Positions 12,226-23,610 of a DNA stretch of 64,000 nucleotides are shown here, one piece after another. Below the pieces are notes generated by a model. That model was not told the origin of the DNA. It was given only the letters and a program-made list of their open reading frames with translations, and did not search any database. Location of the stretch: positions 73,408,001 through 73,472,000 of the forward strand of contig NC_135884.1 of assembly GCF_964194155.1 (NCBI RefSeq). The letters run 5' to 3'. Within the stretch, counting starts at the first letter, position 1, and every line of letters starts with the position of its first letter. The translations under genes and the position numbers were made by a program. This DNA is from Cetorhinus maximus (Eukaryota).

Positions 12226-14847
12226 CTTGAATTGCTACCTCTACCCAAACTTGATCCCTTACCCCTTTTGTTCAGTTTAAAGCCCTCTCTACTTCCCTAG
12301 TTATACAGTTCGCGAGGACACTCGTCCCAGCAGTTAGAGAGAGAGAGGGGAAATCAGCCAGGGTTCCTGTTCCTGATCACTGTCCAATGTTCCCTGGATT
12401 AGAGAGAGGTGATTTTAATCTACACATAAACTGGAAAAATCCGATTGGCAGTAGTAACCTGGATGAGGAGTTCTTAGAATGCTTTCGAGATAGTTTCTTA
12501 AAGCAGCACATTCTGCAACGAATTAGAGAGCAGGTTATATTAGACTTGGTATTATGTAACGTGACAGGATTAACTAATGACCTCAGAGTAAAGGCACCGC
12601 TAGGTAGCAGTGACCACAATATGATTGAATTTTACATCCAGTTTGAAAGGGAGAAAGAAGACTGGGTCTAAACTTAAACTTAAATAAGGGCAACTATGTG
12701 GGGATGAAAGCTGAGCTAGCTGAAGTGAACTGGGAAACTAGGCTAGGGGATAGATCAATAAAGAAGCAGTGGCTGACATTTAAGGGGATATTTCAGAGTA
12801 TTCAGAATAACTACATTCCTACTATAAAGAAAAATTCTTAGGGGAGAACCCACCATCCGTGGCTTACTAGAGATGTTAAGGAAAGCTTCAAACTTAAGGA
12901 AAAAACATTCAACTCTGCAAAGATGAGTAGCAGGACAAATGATTAGACAGAATATAAAGAACGGCAGAGAATGGCTAAAAGGTTAATGAGGAGAAAGAAA
13001 TTAGAGTATGAGAGGAAGCTAGCTAGAAATGTAAAAATGGATAGCAAGAGTTTCTACAGGTACTTAAAAAGGAAAAGAGTAAGTAAAGTGAGTGTTGGTC
13101 CTCTAGAGAGTGACAGTGAGGAGTTAATATTAGATAATAAGGAAATAGCAGAAGAAATGAACAAATATTTGGCTTCTGTATTCACGAAAGAGGATATAAA
13201 AAACATTCCAGTAAAAGCTGCAAATCAGGAGGTGAACAGGAGGGAGGAACTTGGTGAAACTGAAATCACTAGGGAAATGGTCCTGAGCAAATTGTTGGAG
13301 CTGTAGACTGGCAAGTCTCCAGGTCCCGATGGACTACATCCCAGGATCTTAAAAGGGGTGGCTAATGAGGTAGTGGATGCGCTGGTGTTAATTTTCCAAA
13401 ATTCACTTGATTCTGGAAAGGTTCCATCAGATTGGAAAATAACAAACATAACCCCTATATTCAAGACGGGAGGGAGGGAGGCAGAAAACAGGAAACTATA
13501 GGCCAGTTAGCTTGACGTCTGTCGCGGGGAAGTTATTAGAATCGATAATTAAGGAGGTTATAGCTGGGCACTTAGAAGAGCTCAAGGCAATCGGGAAGAA
13601 TCAGCATAGTTTTGTGAAAGGAAAATCATGTTTAACCAATTTATTGGAGTTTTTTGAAGGAGTAATGTGCTGTGGATAAAGGGGAGCCTGTAGATGTACT
13701 GTACTTGGATTTCCAGAAAGCATTTGATAAGGTGCCACATCAAAGATTATTACGGAAAATAAAAGTGCATGGTGTAGGGAGTAACATATTAGCATGGATA
13801 GAAGATTGGCTGGCTGGCAGAAAGCAGAGAGTTTGCATAAATGAGTCTTTTTCTGATTGGCAGGATGTGACAAGTGGAATCCCATAGGGGTCTGTACTGG
13901 AGCCTCAACTTTTTACGATTTACATCAATGATTTAGATGAGGGGAGTGAAGACATGGTAGCTAAATTTGCAGATGACACAAAGATAGGTAGGAAAGTATG
14001 TTGTGAAGAGGACATGAGGAGATTGCAGATGGATATAGATAGGTTGAGTGAGTGGGCAAAGATCTGGCAAATGGAGTTTAATGCGGGAAAATGAGATGTT
14101 GTTCACTTTGGCAGGATGAACAAAAAAGCAGAGTATTACTTAAATGGAGAACGGCTGTATAATTCTGAGGTGCAGAGGGATCTAGGTGTTCTAGTATATG
14201 AGTCACAAATAGTACGCAGGTACAGCAAATAATTAAGACTAATGGAATGGTACCCTTTATTAAGAGAGGGATTGAACATAAAAGTAAGGATGTTATGCTT
14301 CAGTTATACAGGGTATTGGTGAGACTGCATCTCGAATACTGTGAGCAGTTTTGGTCTCCTTATTTAAAGAAGGATGTAAATGCATTGGAGGCAGTTCAAA
14401 GGAGGTTTACTAGATTGATACCTGGAATGAGTGGGTTGTCTTATGAGGAAAGGTTGGACAGGCTGGGCTTGTTTCCACTGGAGTTTAGAAGAGTGAGGAG
14501 TGATTTGATTGAAGTATACAAGATCCTGAACGGCCTTGACAAGGTGGACGTCAAAAGGATGTTTCCTCTTGAGGGTGAGTCCAGAACTAGGTGTCGCTGT
14601 TTTTAAATTAGGGGTCGCCCTTTTAGGACAGAGATGAGGAGAATTTTTTCTCTGAGGGTTGTGCGATTTTAGAACTCGCTGCCTCAGAAGGTGGTAGAGG
14701 CGGGGTCATTGGATATTTTTAAGGCAGAAGTGGATTCTTGCAGATAAAAGCAAAATACTGCAGATGCTGGAAATCTGAAACAAAAACAGAAAATGCTGGA
14801 AAAACTCAGCAGGCCTATCAGCATCTGTGGAGAGGAAAAAAACCCAG

Positions 14848-14886
14848 AGTTAACGTTTCGAGCCCATATGACTCTTCTTCAGAGCT
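14848..14886 (-). ncRNA. Minimal hammerhead motif, inverted pseudo-LTR copy
   Basis: Minus strand CUGAAGA-A-GAGUC AUAUG GGCUC-GAAACGUU. Stem II is kept by a U-G wobble. Confidence 0.65.
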
Positions 14887-17228
14887 AAAGAGAAGTAAAA
14901 ATGTAATGAAATTTATACTGTTTAAGGGAGGTGGAGCAGGTGAAGCTGGATAGAAGGCCAGTGATAGGTGGAGGCAAAGGAGGGATTGACAAAGATGTCA
15001 TAAACATAAGGACAAAGGGGTGTTAATGGTAGTGGTACTAGCTAAAGGAGGTGCTGATGGTGGCATTAAGGTAAGAAAGCAGAATGTGATAATAGCAGGA
15101 CAAGGGTAAGCACTCTGGAAAGAACAACATGAACAAGTGACAGATGGCCCTTGTGGGGTGGGGTGGGGGGAGGGGATGATGGTGGGCCTCTGGCCTGTTA
15201 CCTGCTCTTGATCTTTTCATTGAGAACTGTCGGCGTGACATCAGCCATCACAATTTCTCTGCTCCTCTCACCCACTCTAACCTGTCTCCTTCTGAACTTG
15301 CCGCACTCCATTCCCTCAGGTCCAACCCTGACTTTGTCATCAAACCTGCTGACAAGGGTGGTGCTGTTGTTGTCTGGCGTACTGACCTCTACCTCACAGA
15401 GGCTGAGCACCAACTCGCAGACACCTCCTCCTACCTCCCCCCGGACCATGAACCCACCACCAAACATCAAGCCATTGTTTCCAGAACTGTCCCTGACCTC
15501 ATCTCCTCTGGAGATCTTCCATCCACAGCTTCCAACCTCATAGTCTCCCAACCTCGGATGGCCCGCTTCTACCTCCTCCCCAAAATCCACAAACAGTGCT
15601 GTCCCGGTAGATCGATCATGTCAGCCTGTTCCTGCCCCATGGAACTAATTTCTTCCTATCTTGACTCCATTCTCTGTCCCCTTGTCCAATCTCTTCCCAC
15701 CTACGTCCGCGATTCCTCTGATGCCCTACGTCATAACAATTTCCAGTTCCCTGGCCCCAACTGCCTCCTCTTCACCATGGACATTCAATCCCTCTACACC
15801 TCCATCCCCCACCGGGATGGTCTGAGGGCTCTCCACTTCTTCCTTGAACGGAGGCTTGAACAATCCCCATTAACCACCACTCTCCTCCATTTGGCTGAAC
15901 TTGTTCTCTCACTGAACAATTTCTCCTTTAACTTGTCTCATTTCCTCCAAATAAAAGGTGTGGCTATGGGTACCCGCATGGGCCCCAGTTATGCCCGTCT
16001 CTTTATTGGGTATATGGAACATTCCTTGTTCCAGTCCTACTCAGGCCCCCTCCCACAACTCTTTCTCCGGTACTTCGATGACTGCTTCGGTGCTGCTTCA
16101 TGCTCTCGTCTGGACCTGGAAAATTTTATCAATTTTGCTTCCAATTTCCACCTCTCCATCACCTTCACATGGTCCATCACTGACACTTCCCTTCCCTTCC
16201 TTGACCTCTCTGTCTCAATTTCTGGTGATAGACTGTCCACCAATATCCATTACAAGCCCACTGACTCCCACAGCTACCACCACTACCGCTCCTCACACAC
16301 CGCTTCCTGTAAGGACTCCATCCCATTCTCTCAGTTCCTTCGCCTCCATCACATCTGTTCCGGTGATGCCACTTTCCAAAATGACGCTTCTGACATGTCT
16401 TCCTTCTTCCTTAACCAAGGTTTCCCACCCACGGTGGTTGACAAGGCCCTCAACCGTGTCTGACCCATCTCCCGTGCCTCTGCCCTCACACCTTCCCCTC
16501 CCTCCCAGAACCATGATAGGGTCCCCCTTGTCCTCACTTATCACCCCACCAGCCTCCGCATTCACAGGATCAACCTCCGCCATTTCCGCCTACTCCAGCA
16601 TGATGCCACCACCAAACACATCTTCCCCAGCATTCCGTAGGGACCATTCCCTCCGGGACACCCTAGTGCACTCCTCCAACACCCCCAATTCCTCATCTTC
16701 CGACTGGGCACTTTACATCCTTCCAGACTTAACATTGAGTTCAACAACTTCAGATCATGAACTCTCTCCTCCGTCTTTACCCCTTTTTTCAATATTCATT
16801 TTAATTTTTTTATTATATAATTTTTTTTTAAATTTTTTAATTTTTATTTTTTATCCACATTTTTATTTTTTTTTCACTTTTATTCATTGTTTTATCCCCA
16901 CCTTTTATCCTATTTTCAATCTTTTTTTCCCACCACCATCCCCTCCCCCCACCCCACCCCACAAGGGCTATCTGTCACTTGCTCATGTTGTTCTTTCCAG
17001 AGTGCTTACCCTTGTCTTGCTATTATCACATTCTGCTTTCTTACCTTAATACCACCATCAGCACCTCCTTTAGCCAGTACCACTAACATTAACACCCCTT
17101 TGTCCTTTTGTTTATGACATCTTTCACAATCTCTCCTTTGCCTCCATCTATCACTGGCCTTCTATCCAGCTTCACCTGTCCCACCCCCCTTAAACAGTAT
17201 AAATTTCACTATATTTTTACTTCTCTTT

Positions 17229-17267
17229 AGCTCTGAAGAAGAGTCATACGGACTCGAAACGTTAACT
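17229..17267 (+). ncRNA. Minimal type I hammerhead ribozyme motif in PLE pseudo-LTR
   Basis: CUGAAGA-A-[GAGUC AUACG GACUC]-GAAA-CG-UU, palindromic ACGU in place of stem III, short imperfect stem I (AGCU/AACU). Confidence 0.7.
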
Positions 17268-17504
17268 CTGTTTTATTTTCTCTCCACAGATGCTATCAGA
17301 CCTGCTGGGTTTTTCCAGCATTTTCTGTTTTTGTTGTAATTAGGTTCTTGTTAAGCAAGGGAATCAAAGGTTATCGGGGGTAGATGGGAATGTGGAAATT
17401 GAAATACAAGAAGATCAGCCATGATCTTATTGAAAGGTGAAGTAGGCTTGAGGGGCCGAATGGTCTACTCCTGCTCCTATTTCTTTTGTTCTTATGTTCT
17501 AACT

Positions 17505-18478
17505 CAGCAGTCAATGGACAGTGATCAGGAGCCGGAATCCTGGTTGATTTCCCCTTTCTCTAACCCAGGGGTCACTGGACAGTGATCAGGAACATTGGCT
17601 GGTCTCCTGTCTCTCTAACCCTGTGGTCACTAGACAGTGATCGGGAGCAGGAACTCCAGCTGATTTCCCCTCTTTCTCTAACCCATGTGTCACTGGACAG
17701 TGATCGGAAGCGGGAACACTGGCTGAATTCCCCTCTGTCTAACCCAGAGGTCATTGGACAGTGATCAGGAGCAGGAACCCTGGCTGATTTCCCTCCTCTC
17801 TCTAACCCAGATGTCACTGGTCAGAGTTTGGGAGCAGGAACCCTGGCTGATTTCCCCTCTCTCTAACCCAGGCATCACTGAACAGAGATTGGGAGCAGGA
17901 ACACTGGCTGAATTCCCCTCTGTCTAACCCAGGGGTCACTGGACAATGATCAGGAGCAGGAACCCTGGCTGATTTCCCCTCTGTCTAACCCAGGGTTCAC
18001 TGTACAGTGATTAGGAGCAGGAACCCTGGCTGATTTCTCCTCTCTCTAACCCAAGCATCACTGAACAGTAATCAGGAGCAGGCAGTCTGGCTGATTTCCC
18101 CTCTGTCTAACCCAGGGTTCACTGGACAAAGATCAGGAGCAGGAACCCTGGCTGATTTCCCCTCTCTCTCTAATCCAGAGGTCACTGGACAGAGATCAGC
18201 AGCAGGAACCTTGGCTGATTTCTCCTCCTTCTAATTCAGGGGTCATTGGACAGTGATCAGGAGCAGGAACCCTAGCTGATTTCCCCTCTATCTAACCCAG
18301 GAATCACTGTGCAGTGATCAGGAGCAGGAACCCTGGCTGATTTCCCCTCTCTCTAACCCAGGGGTCACTGGACAGTGATCAGGAGCAGGCACTCTGGCTG
18401 ATTTCCCCTCTCTCTCTAATGCAGGGGTCACTGGACGGTGATCAGGACCAAGCACTCTGGCTGATTTCCCCTCTCCCC
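17505..18478. repeat. ~60-bp tandem repeat, about 16 units (GTGATCAGGAGCAGGAACCCTGGCTGATTTCCCCTCTCTCTAACCCAGGGGTCACTGGACA)
   Basis: Visible periodicity. A further inverted unit lies at 12332-12406. Confidence 0.95.
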
Positions 18479-18689
18479 AGCTCCCTCCAAACTCAGGGAT
18501 GCTGAGATCAGTTGCAGTTCCCAATGAGTTAGCACTGAGTAAGGACTGAACCTGGGATGCTTGTGGTCCTTCATTCGTTGTGGTACTCTTACAGTCACTG
18601 ATCTGCCCAATCATCGCCTCACCCTTCGCCATTGACCCCCCTCCCATCTTCACTCCCTCAAATCCCAATAGTGTTCCTCCCCTATCTCT

Positions 18690-18992
18690 GTAACATGCTC
18701 CAGCTCCAACATTTATATCAGAAACTCTCTCCTTCTTCCCCTTTCCCTTTGTCCGACCGCTGGCAGCTCTACCTTCAAGTGCTGAGCTCCTAAGTTATGG
18801 TAAACTCTCCATAAACCTCTCCCTCCTCCTTCAAGATCTTCCTTATAACCTACCTCTTTGACCAAGCATTTGGTCACCCCTCCTTATGTCTCCCTTATTC
18901 ACTCAGTGTCCAATACTTTGATTCCATCCTGTGAGGGGCTTGGGATGTTTTTCTGCCTTGAAGACACTCTCTAAATGCAGACTGTTGTTGTT
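18690..18992 (+). mobile_element. L2-type LINE 3' end
   Basis: AACCTACCTCTTTGACCAAGC.TTTGGTCACC...CTTGGGATGTTTT...TAAATGCA..TGTTGTTGTT tail. Confidence 0.65.
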
Positions 18993-19202
18993 AGTCAGTA
19001 TGGCTGTGTACAAGAGTGGCCTTTATTGGTAAAACACTGGGGAGCTTTGTAAGATCTAGCAACTCTTAAAGTAACTCCGAGCATTACTATGATTTAGCGT
19101 GTTGGAAAATGTGGTTTCACGAGGCTCCACTGCACACTGCGACTGATCAGCTAACTGCACTGAGAGGCCCAGTTACTGATTCTTGCTTTATGTTTGTGAC
19201 AG

Positions 19203-19385
19203 ACCCCAACATTGATTGTCTACGGTGCAGAGGACAAGCCGATGGGTGAGGCGTCATTCAACAACCTGAAAAACCTGGCCAACCACAAGGTGCACATAAT
19301 GAAGGGGGCCCAGCATGCCTGTTACCTCAATAACCCTGAGGAGTGGCATTGCACAGTCCTGGAGTTCCTGCACAATCTGTCCTGA
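19203..19385 (+). CDS. ABHD14B: ABHD14B last coding exon (catalytic Asp and His region)
   Basis: After acceptor ACAG reads TPTLIVYGAEDKPMGEASFNNLKNLANHKVHIMKGAQHACYLNNPEEWHCTVLEFLHNLS*. Not in the ORF track. 208+242+183 = 633 nt = 210 aa plus stop. Confidence 0.95.
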   Translation, partial: TPTLIVYGAEDKPMGEASFNNLKNLANHKVHIMKGAQHACYLNNPEEWHCTVLEFLHNLS

Positions 19386-19394
19386 ATCCTCTCA

Positions 19395-19395
<1 letters not shown>

Positions 19396-19428
<33 letters not shown>
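19396..19428. repeat. (AC)16 microsatellite 10 nt after the ABHD14B stop codon
   Basis: Direct observation. Confidence 0.95.
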
Positions 19429-19429
<1 letters not shown>

Positions 19430-20024
19430 CAGCAAAATAATTACCAGTTAGCAATTCGATTAGTCAGCTATATCACTTATTAATTTACCAATCAGAAACA
19501 ACCTTGTTTAGTGTCTGCTACCTTTCCTCCAATGGCATTGCTGATTTTATTAACGTTTCTTTCGGACATCTTGATGCTGATTCGCTAGTATTCCTTGCCT
19601 CACCGACCAATCAACCTATCCCCCACATATACAAGACTTCAGACTCAAAATGGCTCAGGACAGTGCACAGTAAGATCAGACTCCATTCACCTGCTCTAGT
19701 CATGTCATCCGAATTAACCAGTGAGTGAAAGGTTTGACCTGTTGAGTCCACTGTGTGTATAAGAAGGCCGGTTAAGCATTACACTGAAGGACTCTTGATG
19801 GGTACAAATTGTCCACTACAGGAATTGGCAGGTCTTTCATTTGAACAAAATGACACAAGTGATGGTTTGGAGGTAAAACCCGATTCTTTGGGCACTTTTA
19901 CCTATTCCTCTTCTTTATGTGTGCGTGTCATGGATCATCTACAGACAAGAGTGGCAGATGGATGATGAGTTTTAGTGATGCTGCTCGACAACTGTCTGTT
20001 GCAAGGGACCCCAGTCACCTTCTC

Positions 20025-20615
20025 ACATAAGAACATAAAAAGCAGGACTAGACCATATGGCCCAGTGAGCCTGCTCTGCCATTCAATATGATCATGGCTG
20101 AGCTTGGATTTCAACTCCACTTTCCTGCCCATTCCCCATATTCTTTGATTCCCTGAGAGGCCAAAAATCTGTCTATCCCGGCCTTAAATATATTCAATGA
20201 TGGAGCATCCACAACCCTCTGGGGTAGAGAATTCCAAAGATTCACAACCCTCTGAGTGAAGAAATTTCTCCTCATCTCAGTCCTAAATGATCAGTCCCTT
20301 ATCCTGACACTGCGCCCCCACGTTTTAGATTCCCCGACCAGTGAAAATAATTTCTCCGTGTTTACCCCATCAAGCCCCTTCAGAGTTTTATAGGTTTCAA
20401 TGAGATCACCTCTCATTCTTCTAAACTCCAGAGAATATAGACCCAATTCACTGACCCTCTCACCTGAACACAACCCCTCATCCCAGGTACAATCTAGTGA
20501 ATCTTTGCTGTACCACCTCCAGTGCAAGTAAATCCTTTCTTAAATATGGAGACCAGAATTGCGCAGAGTATTCCAGAAGTGATCTCACCAAAGTCCTGTA
20601 CAGTTGTAGCGAGAC
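20025..20615 (-). mobile_element. CR1 3' fragment
   Basis: LGLYSLEFRRMRGDLIETYK frame and CR1 3' UTR. Confidence 0.9.
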
Positions 20616-21086
20616 TACTACTTCTCTCATGGTTTTCAGCGATCTTTGCCTTAGGAGTTGAATTCAACCAAGACACTGTGTGGGAGGTGTTGATAGCAGT
20701 AGCTGAGCATCATGGACGAAAGTGTTAATGTCTCTATGGCCTGTGTAATTGAGGTCACCACTCCAGATGTTACAGCTGCTGGCATTAGCTTGATCTCTGT
20801 CTACATGTGTTGAACCATACCATGTGACATAGGGAATAGTAAGGTATGAAACTGCTTCAAATTACTCCCAATGACCTCTAAAATCCTGAATGTGGAGCCT
20901 GGAGCTGCAGGACTCTGACCTCTAGCTGATTCACTGATGCCACAGCTCCCACTAGGCTGGAGGAGGGCACTTTGAAGTTAGACTCCCTGATGGAAGCTCC
21001 AAGCCCTTGTCAATCCTTCCCCCTGTTCTACTCCTTCCTTAGTCCCTCACTTGGTGCTGCCTCATCCACGTCAATAGTTACACTCC

Positions 21087-21460
21087 CTTGAGTATAGAAG
21101 ATTAAGGGGTGATCCAATTGAGGTGCTAAAAGGATTAAAGGATTCAATAGATAGGGAGAAACTATTTCCTCTGGTCTAGAACAAGGGGGCATATCCTTCA
21201 AATTGGAGCTAGGCCATTCAGGAATGATGTCAGGAAGCACTTCTCCACGCACACACTAGTGGAAATCTGGAACTCTTTCCCTCAAAAAGCTGTTGAGACT
21301 CAGGGGTTGACTAAAAAGTTCAAAACTGAGTTTGATAGATCTTTGCTCAGACTTAATAAGGGATGTAGAACCAAGCCTGGTACAGAGAGTTATGGTACAG
21401 ATCGCATTGAGTGGTGCAACAGGCTCGAGGATGTGAATGGTCCACTGCTGTTCCAATGGC
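21087..21460 (+). mobile_element. Old CR1 3' fragment
   Basis: AGAAGATTAAGGGGTGATC...GTGGAAATCTGGAACTCT. Confidence 0.75.
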
Positions 21461-21599
21461 CCTGAGTGCCCTACAATGTCTGAATCCTGGTGTTGGTATC
21501 AATGACGGATGCATTGTTGGCAAGTGGATGTTTTCTGCTTCACCCTGAGGCAGGCTTAGCTCTCCTCATCCATAACAAGAAGAGGGGAAACTGAATTTG

Positions 21600-22590
21600 C
21601 ACGCAAGCATTCCTCAGGGTAGTGTCCTAGGCCCAACCATCTTTAGCTGCTTCATCAATGGCCTTCCTTCCATCATAATGTCAGAAGTGGGGATGCTCGC
21701 TGATGATTGTACAATGTTCAGCACCATTCATGACTCCTCAGGTACTGAAGCAGTCCATGTCCAAATGCAGCAAGACCTGGACAATATCCAGGCTTGGGCT
21801 GATAAGTGGCAAGTAGCATTCATGCCACACAAGTGTCAGGCAATGACAATCTCCTACAGGAGAGAATCCAACCATCGCCCCTTGACATTCAATGGCATTA
21901 CCATCACTGAATCCCCCACTATCAATATCCTGGGGGGTTACCATTGACCAGAAACTGAACTGGACTAGCCATATAAATACTGTGGCTACAAGAGGAGGTC
22001 AGAGGCTGGGAATCCTGTGGCGAGTAACTCACCTCCTGACTCCCCAAAGCCTGATCACCATCTACAAGGCACAAGTCAAGAGTGTGATGGAATACTCTCT
22101 GATTGCCTGGATGAGTGCAGCTCCCACCACACTCAAGAAGCTTGACACCGTCCAGGACAAAGCAGCCCCCTTGATTGGCACAACATCCACAACCATTCAC
22201 TCCCTCCAACACCGATGCACAGCAGCAGTGTGTACCATCTACAAGGTGCACTGCAGAAACTCACCAATGCTCCTTAGGCAGCACCTTCCAAACCCATGAC
22301 TGCCACTATCTAGAAGGACAAGGGCAGCAGGTAGATGGGAACGTCACCACCTGGAAGTTCCCCTCCAAGTCACTCACCATCCTGACTTGAAAATATATCG
22401 CCGTTCCTTCACTGTCGCAGGGTCAAAATCCTGGAACTCCCTCTCTAACAGCGCTGTGGATGTACCTATACCACAGGGACTGCAGCGGTTCAAGAAGGCA
22501 GCCCACCACCACCTTCTCAAGGGCAATTAGGGATGGGCAATAAATGCTGGCCCAGCCAGCGACGCCCACATCCCATGAACGAATAAAAAA
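21600..22590 (+). mobile_element. CR1-group LINE family B, RT to 3' end
   Basis: [49 protein letters not shown]. Ends CCCACATCCCATGAACGAATAAAAAA. Confidence 0.9.
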
Positions 22591-23034
22591 GTTTACCTCC
22601 TTTGTTTCGCTAGCAAATGCAGCATTGTGCAGTTGGCCACCAGCTGTACATGTAAAAGGATTAATACACATGTATCATAGCTCATGGGATTATCATTAGA
22701 CATTCCAGAAACTACATCAGCCTCTTGAGATCCAGTGTCTCAGAGAGACTCATTCCCAATGGCCAAGTCTCAAAGCACATTTATTCTCTGCAGCAGAAAC
22801 TGAGAAATAAAAAGAGCTATTTCAACTCATTGGCCACGTAAGGCTTTTCGTGGCAAGTTTGAAATGTGTGCTAAATTATTAGAACGTGTAGCCTGACAGA
22901 AGGCCATTTTGGTTATCCTGCCTGGGATGCTGCTAGCTCTATAACTTGGAATTAAAATTCAGCTCCTGGGCAGGCACAAAAAGGTTGGAGCAGATTTAAA
23001 TAACCGTACCTGATTGAAATCAGCGGATAAAGTG

Positions 23035-23610
23035 AACATATGAACACAAAAAATAGTAGCAGGAGGAGACATCCAACTCATTGCACCATTCAATACCATC
23101 ATGGCTGATCTTGGGCTTCAACTCCATTTTCCCGCCCACTCCCCATATCTAATTCCCTGAGAGACCAAAATTCCATCTATCCCAGCCTGAAACGTATTCA
23201 GCAATGGAACATCCACAACCATCTGGTGTAGAGAATTTCAAAGATTCACAACCCTCTGAGTGAAGCAATTTCTCCTCACCTCAGTCCTAAAGGATCAGTC
23301 CCTTATCCTGAGACTGTGCCCCTGTGTTTTAGATTCCCCGACCAGAGGAAACAATCTCAGTGTTTACCCTATCAAGCCCCTTCAGAATTCTATAGGTTTC
23401 AATGAGATTGCCTCTCATTCTTCTAAACTCCAGAGAATATAAGGCCCAATTTACTCAGCCTCTCATCATAGGACAACCCTCTTATCCCAGGGACTAATCT
23501 AGTGAACCTTCACTGTACTTCCTCCAATGCAAGTATATCCTTCTTTAAATATGGAGACCAAAACTGCACACAGTATTCCAGGTGCCGGCTCGCCAAAAGC
23601 CTGTACAATC
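23035..23610 (-). mobile_element. CR1 3' fragment
   Basis: RHLEYCVQFWSPYLKKDILALE; closely similar to 20025-20615. Confidence 0.9.

Larger units (their letters stand above)
14738..17335 (+). mobile_element. Penelope-like element: RT ORF flanked by ~410-bp inverted pseudo-LTRs; GIY-YIG region apparently deleted
   Basis: ORF 15558-16463 has FYLLPKIHK, MDIQSLYTSIP, GVAMGTRMGPSYA, LRYFDD, LPFLD, YKPTD, typical of PLE RT. 14769-15186 is the reverse complement of 16929-17335. Confidence 0.9.
12407..17500 (+). mobile_element. CR1 LINE ORF2 to 3' end, interrupted by a Penelope-like element at about 14738-17335
   Basis: GDFNLH, LGSSDHN (APE); YLDFQKAFDKVPH, KFADDTK (RT). CR1 sequence resumes at 17340 and ends GGGCCGAATGGTCTACTCCTGCTCCTA. 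Confidence 0.93.

Noticed and set aside
15958-17049. 363-aa Ser/Pro-rich ORF
   Set aside because: Alternate frame of the C-rich Penelope RT strand running into low-complexity T-rich sequence.
17505-18478. CRISPR-like regular spacing
   Set aside because: Whole units repeat with no unique spacers, in a vertebrate context with no cas genes.
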